Part shown: in pieces, positions 1 to 7,445 of the stretch
Layout: each line of letters starts with the position of its first letter
How positions within the stretch are numbered: position 1 is the first letter of the stretch
Origin: Nitrospirota bacterium
Lineage (GTDB): Bacteria > Nitrospirota > UBA9217
Length of the DNA: 64,000 nucleotides
Assembly (NCBI GenBank): GCA_963663225.1
Contig: OY760142.1
Location: forward strand, 608,001 to 672,000
Reading direction: 5' to 3'
The notes under the pieces: model-generated
Database searches by the model: none
The model's input: only the letters and a program-made list of their open reading frames with translations
What the model was told of the DNA's origin: nothing
Translations under genes and position numbers: made by a program

Positions 1-2627
1 GAGTAACCATCCGCATCAGGCCAGAGCGCATCAGTAAGCTCCGCTTCTGGAACGGCCCTGCCCCCGAATGCAATTAACGCTTTCAGCAATGCAATAGGTT
101 TCTGCTGGACTTTCCGGGAAAAAACAATTTTCTTTCCATCTTTTACAAGCTCAAATCTTCCCATCGTGTATATCCGGAGCGGATATGGCCAGTTGTCAAG
201 GAGCAACACATCCTTATCCGGAAGAAGCTTTCGCTTTTTGATAATATTCTGAACATACTCCACTTCGATTCCCGCCCCGAGCGCCTTTGCACAAAGAAAA
301 CTCATAACGGAGGGCCGCCACCATAACATGTTCATAAATCCGTTTTCACGTCCCAGTTTCATGGCGCTTTGCAAGGGTGCCAGCGCTTTCTGCTCATCTG
401 CACAGTTGAGTCTTACATAGGACTCCGAGACGAGGCACAGATACTTCATGAAGCTGCTTTTCATGTCATCGGCAATTTGGTGTGCATGAGCAAGATGATA
501 TTCGGCCTCCTCTGTTCTTCCCTGTTTGCTGAAAATTTCGTAAATCATGACGTGAGAAATCATTGTGAAGGGAATGTCGCCGACCAGCTCCGAAATATTT
601 CTTAACTCTTTACAATGCAGGTGTGCGGTAACGTTATCATCATCGAGCATGGCTTTCCAGATTTTTGCAAAATGATAGTAGCATCTATCGAGGCGCTCCT
701 TTCCCTCTGTGCCGGATTCCATTCTTTTGAATAATATGTCTGCGGTTGAGATGTCGCCGTTGCTCAGCGCAGCAGCAATACTGTACCCGATGACATGGGC
801 TTCCCAAACGTATACACCCAGTTTATCGGCCAGCTTGATCATTTCAAAAACCAAGTTCTGGCTGTTTTCACCGGCTACCGTAAAAATATCATGAATCGTT
901 TCCAGGCTTTTGAAAATGAGCATTACAAAATCAGGAGCGTTTGTAGAATGCATCGCATTTCGGAATAGGCTCAACGCAAAGCTTGCCTTGGTAAAATTAC
1001 CGTGGCGCAGGTAGTGCGCCACAAGATAGGAACCGGCTTTGCAATGTAGGACCGGGTTATAGTTGGTACGGAGAATATTCAAGGACCGATTTTCCCAGAT
1101 GCTGATGTCGGGATGGTGCGGCTGCCTGCGACAGAGGGCTCCAAACATGCTTATCGTTACCGACGCCTCAATTTCCCGGGAGGGAAACCTAGTATCCTTA
1201 GCAAGCATCCTATTAAGCAGTGAGATCATGTGATCCAAGGGACGGAAATCACTGCTGTAAAAAGCATCATCAACCGCACCGCCCCAGGCCGAAAACATCC
1301 CTGCACGATCATTCTGAGATTCGAACAGCTCAAATGCATGATCGAAATCCTTTTTGCTATCAACTGGATTGGACGTCATTGTACAAGCGCCGCGCCAGTA
1401 GAACAACCAGGGATAATTTTCGATTACCTCCCTGGGGAATTTATCTATCCAGCCCTTTACAACAAGGACCCGGCCCTGGGAAAACATGTCTTGCGCAAGT
1501 TTACAGATCAGTTTTGCCGCTTCTGAAAAATCTTCCGACTGAAGAAAAAGAATTACGGCATCTTCACTCTGGCTGTTCTCCGCAAGAACACGCGCTGCCT
1601 TTTGCTTAAGCGCTTTTATTTCGTCGTTCGGGCAGGTCTTCTCAAAATATGTCAGCAGGAATTCCCGGAACAGAGGATGATACTGGTACGCTTCTCCATG
1701 CATACCATACTTGTTTGTAAAAAAATGACGCTGGTGCATTTCAGCCAGGATCTGGCCGGCCTCTGCCATGCCGGTCAGATTGCAGGCCGCGTCGGCGGTT
1801 ATTCTGGGAAACAACGATGTTTTCGTGAGAAGCTGCCGCGTTTCATCCGGCAGCCCTTCAAACAGTTCTGTTGCGAAGTAGTTGAAAATCTCCTGCCTGC
1901 TAAAGCTTGCCGTCTTTTGAAGGATCGGTAATGCCCCGCTGCCTTTTTCAGTGATAAGAACCAGACCTGCAGCCCATCCGTCCGTTTTTTCATGCAATTG
2001 TTTTATTATTGCATGGCCGAGCTTTTTGTGAATACGTGAGTAAACGAATGTTTCGGTTTCTGCAAGCGTCAGTTTCATATCGTTCCAGCCGATGTAACTG
2101 ATCGCGTTGTTTGCGCGAAATCTTGTCAATGTCGCAGGAGGCTCATGGCGGCTGATGAAAATAATCCGCAGATTATCGGGAAGGACGGCCAGCCCATCGC
2201 AGATGATTTTGTGAAACAGGGAATCAGAGGGGATATGATGATAATTGTCGAAGACCAGTACTGAATGAGTTTTTAAGCTGCTATAGAGTTTCTCGAAAAA
2301 TCTTCGGGTGAAAACATTGATGCCGGGAAGATACACAGGTGTCAGAAGGGGCAACTGTTTCCGGCTTTTGGGATTGGCGTTCCGCGCAGCATGTCCCAGA
2401 TAGTAAAAAAACGTGGGAAGATCGGCGTCACCTTCGTCCAGCTGATACCAGAGGTACGGCAGTTTGCGTCTGCTCAGATAATCGGCAACCAGGGTCGTTT
2501 TTCCCGCCCCCCCGGGTCCGGCTATCCATGTAACAGGCTTCCTGCCGGCGGCATCGAGAAGAGAGTGAAGTCTCTTCCGCTGGATAACATCGATAACTTT
2601 TGGGCAAGTTATTTTTGATATCGGCAT
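1..2627 (-). CDS. MalT-like STAND ATPase / TPR / SARP-BTAD transcriptional regulator (3' end runs off the window)
   Basis: Absent from the ORF track because there is no stop in the window. I translated the ends by hand from ATG 2627: MPISKITCPKVIDVIQRKRL...WIAGPGGAGKTTLVADY...WYQLDEGDADLPTFFYYL (Walker A, MalT-type N-terminus). The window edge reads DNWPYPLRIYTMGRFELVKDGK...QQKPIALLKALIAFGG...DALWPDADG (SARP winged-helix start). The middle was not fully translated. Confidence 0.88.
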   Translation of the reverse strand, partial: MPISKITCPKVIDVIQRKRLHSLLDAAGRKPVTWIAGPGGAGKTTLVADYLSRRKLPYLWYQLDEGDADLPTFFYYLGHAARNANPKSRKQLPLLTPVYLPGINVFTRRFFEKLYSSLKTHSVLVFDNYHHIPSDSLFHKIICDGLAVLPDNLRIIFISRHEPPATLTRFRANNAISYIGWNDMKLTLAETETFVYSRIHKKLGHAIIKQLHEKTDGWAAGLVLITEKGSGALPILQKTASFSRQEIFNYFATELFEGLPDETRQLLTKTSLFPRITADAACNLTGMAEAGQILAEMHQRHFFTNKYGMHGEAYQYHPLFREFLLTYFEKTCPNDEIKALKQKAARVLAENSQSEDAVILFLQSEDFSEAAKLICKLAQDMFSQGRVLVVKGWIDKFPREVIENYPWLFYWRGACTMTSNPVDSKKDFDHAFELFESQNDRAGMFSAWGGAVDDAFYSSDFRPLDHMISLLNRMLAKDTRFPSREIEASVTISMFGALCRRQPHHPDISIWENRSLNILRTNYNPVLHCKAGSYLVAHYLRHGNFTKASFALSLFRNAMHSTNAPDFVMLIFKSLETIHDIFTVAGENSQNLVFEMIKLADKLGVYVWEAHVIGYSIAAALSNGDISTADILFKRMESGTEGKERLDRCYYHFAKIWKAMLDDDNVTAHLHCKELRNISELVGDIPFTMISHVMIYEIFSKQGRTEEAEYHLAHAHQIADDMKSSFMKYLCLVSESYVRLNCADEQKALAPLQSAMKLGRENGFMNMLWWRPSVMSFLCAKALGAGIEVEYVQNIIKKRKLLPDKDVLLLDNWPYPLRIYTMGRFELVKDGKKIVFSRKVQQKPIALLKALIAFGGRAVPEAELTDALWPDADGY

Positions 2628-3049
2628 ATTTGCATACAACTTAAGTTATGAAATAGTAACAATTACAAGGAGTGCTGTCAAATGAAATATTATGCAACAA
2701 ATAGGTGATTCAGATATGTCATCCTGCACACCTCTACTGTAATTTCAAAAAAATGTCATTTTTTTGTGAATATTCAGGAAGCAGCAGATGAACAGTTCCA
2801 TAACAGGTAAGTCTGTAGCTAATGCAGGATATACCGCTCAGCAATCCGTGCGGCAGTTGCCAGAGAAAGGAAAAGTAACGTATATAAATACGAACGTCAT
2901 TACTTGGTCTTTCTTGTCCACTTGCGGGGAAAATACTCGGAAGATCCAGACAGGAAGCCCGCTCTCGATTCAGAGAACGAATGCAAAAACCCGGCAGCTT
3001 CAGGTTTTTATCACTCCTTGAGCAAAGCATCCGATGTTCGACGAGGGAG

Positions 3050-3316
3050 TTACTTCAACTGACTGTCTTTACTGCCACTTCGATTGTACAAGGCAACCGT
3101 CTTCTGCCTTTTTTCGAGTTCTGACTGGCATTGGACACAATAACGGACTCCGGGCATCGCCTTCTGTCGCGCCTCAGGGATAACCGCCTCGCATTCTTCA
3201 CAGTGAGTCAGGCTTTCACCATCCGGCATCCGGCTTCTGGCTAACTGGACTGCCGACTCCACCGTGGCATCTATTTGTTCCTGCACCGCCCCATCGCGGG
3301 ACCAACCGACTGCCAT
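3050..3316 (-). CDS. DksA/TraR family C4-type zinc finger protein (YbiI-like)
   Basis: MAVGWSRDGAVQEQIDATV...CEEC...IPEARQKAMPGVRYCVQC...YNRSGSKDSQLK; start reassigned to ATG 3316. Confidence 0.92.
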   Translation of the reverse strand: MAVGWSRDGAVQEQIDATVESAVQLARSRMPDGESLTHCEECEAVIPEARQKAMPGVRYCVQCQSELEKRQKTVALYNRSGSKDSQLK

Positions 3317-3379
3317 GACAGACTCCCGTTGTTTCTGATAATTAATTATACGATTATTGGGGAAAAAATCAACCCGGGG

Positions 3380-3618
3380 CAATAATGTCCAAGAGAATCG
3401 AGTGGAGTCCCCTCCGGGAGGAGCCGGAGATCCCTCGATAGACACGACCTCCTGCTTGTACCCAGCGCTAACGAGTGCGATAGCGCAAGTGCAGGGTACG
3501 ACTTACTGCATCCCTCCCCCGACAAGAGTCGGGGGATTCCATGTCGCAGGGATTAAACAAACTAACCAGCTTACGAAAGTCATCATGTCTGTTTTACTGC
3601 TCTCTACCCGCCTATACG
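3380..3618 (-). mobile_element. Structured non-coding element, putative internally deleted IS110-family remnant (non-coding end RNA without recombinase)
   Basis: Three stem-loops (3397-3439, 3458-3499, 3510-3553), an orphan AGGAGG-GTG (3453-3443), and minus-strand motifs GTATAGGCGGGTAG / TAAGCTGGTTAG / AATCCCTG / ATGGAAT / GAGGGATGC that I recall from IS110 non-coding ends. Family assignment and boundaries are unverified. Confidence 0.45.
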
Positions 3619-4011
3619 CTATATTAGGGCAGGAAAAAATTTGGCCAGCAGAATTAAACCATTTTTACCCGCTATCACTTTGTGATTCATCCTTTTTGGA
3701 ATCAGTGCCATGCGCCCTGGGTAGTATGCATTTTTCTTTGTGTTTAAGAGGAATACTCCATCACCGGATATCACTTCATGCAATTCCCACTGGACATCGT
3801 GAGTGTGCTCGTCTAAAACGGAACCGGGATCAATTCGGACCATATGGCAGCTTAATTTCCCTTCAGTATCCGCGCCTTTTATAAGATGTTTCAAACAGAC
3901 TCCATAAAATTTGGGATGCTTTTCCCAGGGAATTTCCTTGGATGCATCTTCTCTATTCAGATAGATTGTGGAACCATTTTCCATACGAGTTGCAATCTCT
4001 TCGCTTTTCAT
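3619..4011 (-). CDS. Cupin domain protein
   Basis: Cupin motifs HTHDVQWELHEVISGDG and PGRMALIPKRMNH; AGGAG RBS before ATG 4011. Confidence 0.85.
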   Translation of the reverse strand: MKSEEIATRMENGSTIYLNREDASKEIPWEKHPKFYGVCLKHLIKGADTEGKLSCHMVRIDPGSVLDEHTHDVQWELHEVISGDGVFLLNTKKNAYYPGRMALIPKRMNHKVIAGKNGLILLAKFFPALI

Positions 4012-4218
4012 AATGTCTCCTATTGCTGTTTGATCAGGTTTTGAATTTCCCAAGGAGCATACATCCCGGCGAAATGAATGTCTTGTATAATATTGCTATC
4101 TATTAGTCGACGACGAGGTCACACGCCGTGAAGAGAATTAATGATGAGCGGTTTTACAGGACGATTATCCGGCTAAAAAAATTTAACGGCTTTCATTCTG
4201 CTCTATTCTGTCCAACAG

Positions 4219-4806
4219 TTACAGGCAAAACGGCCCTTCGCAAACGGTCTGCGCGAGAGGACGACGATTATTCGGCGTTTCGATTTCCCGCAAATCTTCA
4301 GGAAGGGATTCGCGTGAACCCGGTTTCCCCACAGCTATCATTGCTTCCACTTGATACTCGTCAGGGATTCGAAGTGTTGTCTTCGCCCGAATGTAGTCAA
4401 ATCCCTGCATTCCGTGCGCGATATAGCCGCGCATGTTTGCCTGCAGCGCCAGATTCTCCCACGCCGTGCCGGCATCGAACGAGTGCGTTCGGGCGGGCTT
4501 GCCATTGTGGTCGAAGGTCATTTTCGATATGAACAGCAGCAATGCCGCAGCGTTTCCAGCCCATCTCTGGTTCGATTTGGCCAGCAGATCCAGAAACACC
4601 GGCCAATGCACCGTGTCGCGCCGGGCAAAAAGAATGCGCCACGGCTGATTGTTGAACGACGATGGCGCCCATCGCGCGGCTTCAAAAAGCACCATAAGAT
4701 CATCCAGATCGATCGGTTCTCCGGACATTGCCCGGGGCGACCAGCGGTCCAAAAACAGTTTGTCAACCGGGTGGTCAGCCCGGCGTTTTTCGCTCCCCTT
4801 GATCAT
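4219..4806 (-). CDS. Nitroreductase family protein
   Basis: RWSPRAM, EAARWAPSSFNNQPWR, FDAGTAWENLALQA, HGMQGFD. Confidence 0.93.
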   Translation of the reverse strand: MIKGSEKRRADHPVDKLFLDRWSPRAMSGEPIDLDDLMVLFEAARWAPSSFNNQPWRILFARRDTVHWPVFLDLLAKSNQRWAGNAAALLLFISKMTFDHNGKPARTHSFDAGTAWENLALQANMRGYIAHGMQGFDYIRAKTTLRIPDEYQVEAMIAVGKPGSRESLPEDLREIETPNNRRPLAQTVCEGPFCL

Positions 4807-4873
4807 TGTCCATCTCCCCTAAAAGTCATTCAAATATAAGTTGAGCAAAGCAAATGCAAAATCCAATTCAAAG

Positions 4874-5191
4874 TCACAGGTAGTCTTTTCTTGGAGGGGT
4901 GAAGAAATCCAATACTTCCCCAGGTTCCATGATTAGCATGCAGTGCTCTACGTCGCGGGGAATAGAGTATGAATCACCCGGACCAATTTCATGCCCGACA
5001 TTATTAATGATAATTTTATATTTACCGGAGATCACATATCCACTCTGTTCATTCGGATGCTTATGCAATGGAGGAGCATCCTCTTTCTTGTAAAGCATTT
5101 TCGTTACCATAGATTCCGGACCATGAGAGAGCAAAACAAAATCAACACCCAGGAAGTTTCTCTTCTGTGCATCGTTCGAATTCACGATCAT
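4874..5191 (-). CDS. Cupin domain protein (Cupin_2)
   Basis: PLHKHPNEQSGYVISG...PGDSYSIPRDVEH...DFFTPPRKDYL; GAGGAG RBS. Confidence 0.9.
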   Translation of the reverse strand: MIVNSNDAQKRNFLGVDFVLLSHGPESMVTKMLYKKEDAPPLHKHPNEQSGYVISGKYKIIINNVGHEIGPGDSYSIPRDVEHCMLIMEPGEVLDFFTPPRKDYL

Positions 5192-5336
5192 GTCATCTCC
5201 TCGTATGTCCGGCTATCATGTTACCCGATATGGATTAAGTTCCGTAAGCACTTTTTTATTTATATTTAATGTTTACCGTGACCTTCAACGGTCTCAATAG
5301 AGAACAGCGACGTTAGTGCCCGAGCGCAAAACATGG

Positions 5337-5789
5337 CTAGACGCTCTTCCGGGGTGGGAAATTAAGAGCCCCTGTTTGAAAATAAAATTTCCACTCGCCC
5401 GTCGATAGTTTTGTGTAAATCTTGCAGACCCTGCCTTTCCAATGAGAAACTTCCTTCGTGGCCTTATGCCGCCAAAGAGTGTCTATATCAACAACCGCGA
5501 ATGCTGCATCTTCTTCTGTGGAGATTTCAATCTTTACGGTATTGCGGCAATTATGGATCAAGTCATGTGAATCAAAGAGGTCCTGCCAGCTCTTACGCCA
5601 TCGCTCCCTGTTAAATCGTCCCATTACAAAAATCCAATCAATGGGATCATGGGCATCGGACGTTGGCGGCCATGGCCAGGCCATATCCGGGTGGATCATG
5701 GATAGAAAAAGGTCTGGATTCTTCGTGTTCCACCCTTCGGTTTCGAGATCTATCATCTCTTGAATCGCTTGTGCGACCTCTCTGCTCAA
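5337..5789 (-). CDS. NTF2/SnoaL-like protein
   Basis: NTF2-like pattern (ETEGWNTKNPDLFLSMIHPD...AFAVVDIDTLWR...GEWKFYFQTG); TTG start after AAGGAG. Confidence 0.75.
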   Translation of the reverse strand: MSREVAQAIQEMIDLETEGWNTKNPDLFLSMIHPDMAWPWPPTSDAHDPIDWIFVMGRFNRERWRKSWQDLFDSHDLIHNCRNTVKIEISTEEDAAFAVVDIDTLWRHKATKEVSHWKGRVCKIYTKLSTGEWKFYFQTGALNFPPRKSV

Positions 5790-5899
5790 ACAAATTCTCC
5801 TTTCATACTACCCCGCGTCTGGTCAAACCTAAATTTCAGGCAGAATACAGCACACAACAAGCCTGACAGGCTCCGATGATGCCTGAGAAGGTTGGTCCT

Positions 5900-6067
5900 C
5901 TATGCTGCTTTTGTAAAAAACAGAAACGCCATGGTCGGCCTGCGGGACGAAACAGAGACAACGAACTGAATGCTCTCGAACGTGTACCCTTTCATGGTCC
6001 ATTCGTTCAGTATCCGTTCAATCTCTTCATCGGTCACCGTGCTCGTTTCGACAACTTTGTAAGGCAT
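5900..6067 (-). CDS. Small DUF4177-like protein (55 aa), not in the ORF track
   Basis: Hand translation MPYKVVETSTVTDEEIERILNEWTMKGYTFESIQFVVSVSSRRPTMAFLFFTKAA; TTGAAA-17-TATAAT promoter ends 6 nt before the ATG. Confidence 0.8.
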   Translation of the reverse strand: MPYKVVETSTVTDEEIERILNEWTMKGYTFESIQFVVSVSSRRPTMAFLFFTKAA

Positions 6068-6166
6068 GTTGATATTATAGAGAAAGAACTGCTCTTTTTC
6101 AATATTTGTGTATTAAACTGGGAAATTTTCTGTTGCTATTCACGGTTGTCGGCAATATAATCGGGC

Positions 6167-7354
6167 ATGCGTAAAAAACGAACAAGTGTGCTCACCGGTC
6201 TCGACCGCGCGGAAAAGCTCTGGCCCAGGGACCTGCGGGGCGCACGCGTGGGACTCGTGGTGCATCCCGCATCGGTAAACCGTGTGCTCGACCACGCAGC
6301 AACGATCCTGCACAAATCAAGGAAACTGAAGGTCACCGCGCTGTTCGGCCCCCAGCACGGCATTCTGGGCCAGACCCAGGACAATATGATCGAATGGGAA
6401 GGGTTCCGCGACCCGGTATCCGGCGTGCCCATTTACAGTCTGTACGGAAAGACCCGAAAACCCACGCCGAACATGCTGTCTGATATAGACGTTCTGGTCA
6501 TCGACGTACAGGATGTGGGCGCGAGATACTACACCTTCATCTGGACGCTGGAGCTCTGCATGCAGGCCTGCAAAGAGCTGAACAAAGCGGTCATCGTGCT
6601 CGACAGGCCCAATCCGATCAACGGGCGCACGACCGAGGGACCGCTCCTTAATCCGGATTATGCATCATTCATAGGGCTCAGGCCGCTGCCCATCCGGCAC
6701 GGCATGACCATCGGCGAGATAGGATTGTATCTCCGGGACACGTTCCATCCCGGTTTGGATTACCGCGTTGTTCCGCTGCAAGGATGGAAACGGTCGATGT
6801 GGTTCGATGAAACGCTTCTTCCGTGGGTCCTTCCCTCTCCCAATATGCCCACGCTCGATACGGCCCTTGTATATCCCGGCATGTGTCTCCTAGAAGGGAC
6901 CAACATTTCGGAAGGCCGGGGAACAACGAGGCCCTTTGAAATATTCGGCGCTCCTTTCATTCATGCGGAAACCATTGTCGGAGTACTGGATGAGTTCAGA
7001 CTGCCGGGCGTGGTGTTCCGTCCGCTTTCATTCCAGCCAACGTTTCAAAAACACACCGGCATCCTCTGCGGAGGCGCGCAGATTCATGTGATCGATAGGG
7101 AGAAATTCAAGCCGTTCAAGACAGGCGTGGCCGTCATCAAGGCGGTTCACAATACCTATCCGCGCGACTTTGCGTGGAATCAGCCTCCATACGAATATGA
7201 AGAGATAAATCTTCCCTTCGACGTCCTCGCGGGCGGCAACAGACTGCGAAAAGACATAGAGTCATGGAAAAACCTCGGAGAGATGGAACACTGGTGGAAG
7301 AAAGAAACAAAGACTTTTGAAAAAACCAGGAAAAAATACTTGATCTATAAATAG
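6167..7354 (+). CDS. namZ: Exo-beta-N-acetylmuramidase NamZ family (DUF1343)
   Basis: ALFGPQHG, YSLYG, DVQDVGARYYTF, LDRPNPING, RHGMTIGE, PSPNMPT, SEGRGTTRPFE. Confidence 0.92.
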   Translation: MRKKRTSVLTGLDRAEKLWPRDLRGARVGLVVHPASVNRVLDHAATILHKSRKLKVTALFGPQHGILGQTQDNMIEWEGFRDPVSGVPIYSLYGKTRKPTPNMLSDIDVLVIDVQDVGARYYTFIWTLELCMQACKELNKAVIVLDRPNPINGRTTEGPLLNPDYASFIGLRPLPIRHGMTIGEIGLYLRDTFHPGLDYRVVPLQGWKRSMWFDETLLPWVLPSPNMPTLDTALVYPGMCLLEGTNISEGRGTTRPFEIFGAPFIHAETIVGVLDEFRLPGVVFRPLSFQPTFQKHTGILCGGAQIHVIDREKFKPFKTGVAVIKAVHNTYPRDFAWNQPPYEYEEINLPFDVLAGGNRLRKDIESWKNLGEMEHWWKKETKTFEKTRKKYLIYK

Positions 7355-7445
7355 GGCTACCGTGCGGCTGTTTCACGATTCCTGCCGGTTTTTGTTTTTT
7401 TGCTGCCAGGAAATTCGTTTTACCGCGTCGTCTCGAATAAAAAAT

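Noticed and set aside
2788-3021. 77-aa ORF divergent from the MalT-like gene
   Set aside because: Weak RBS and no recognisable motifs; cannot be supported as a gene.
3390-3560. 6S RNA, known riboswitch, ribozyme, retron or IscB omega-RNA identity for the structured element
   Set aside because: Diagnostic motifs of these classes were not found and there is no RT/IscB/TnpB gene; kept as an IS110-like or unknown RNA candidate.
5195-5336. Possible attC site (minus-strand GCACTAAC after the NTF2-like gene)
   Set aside because: No matching GTTRRRY partner with an extended imperfect palindrome, and no integrase in the window.
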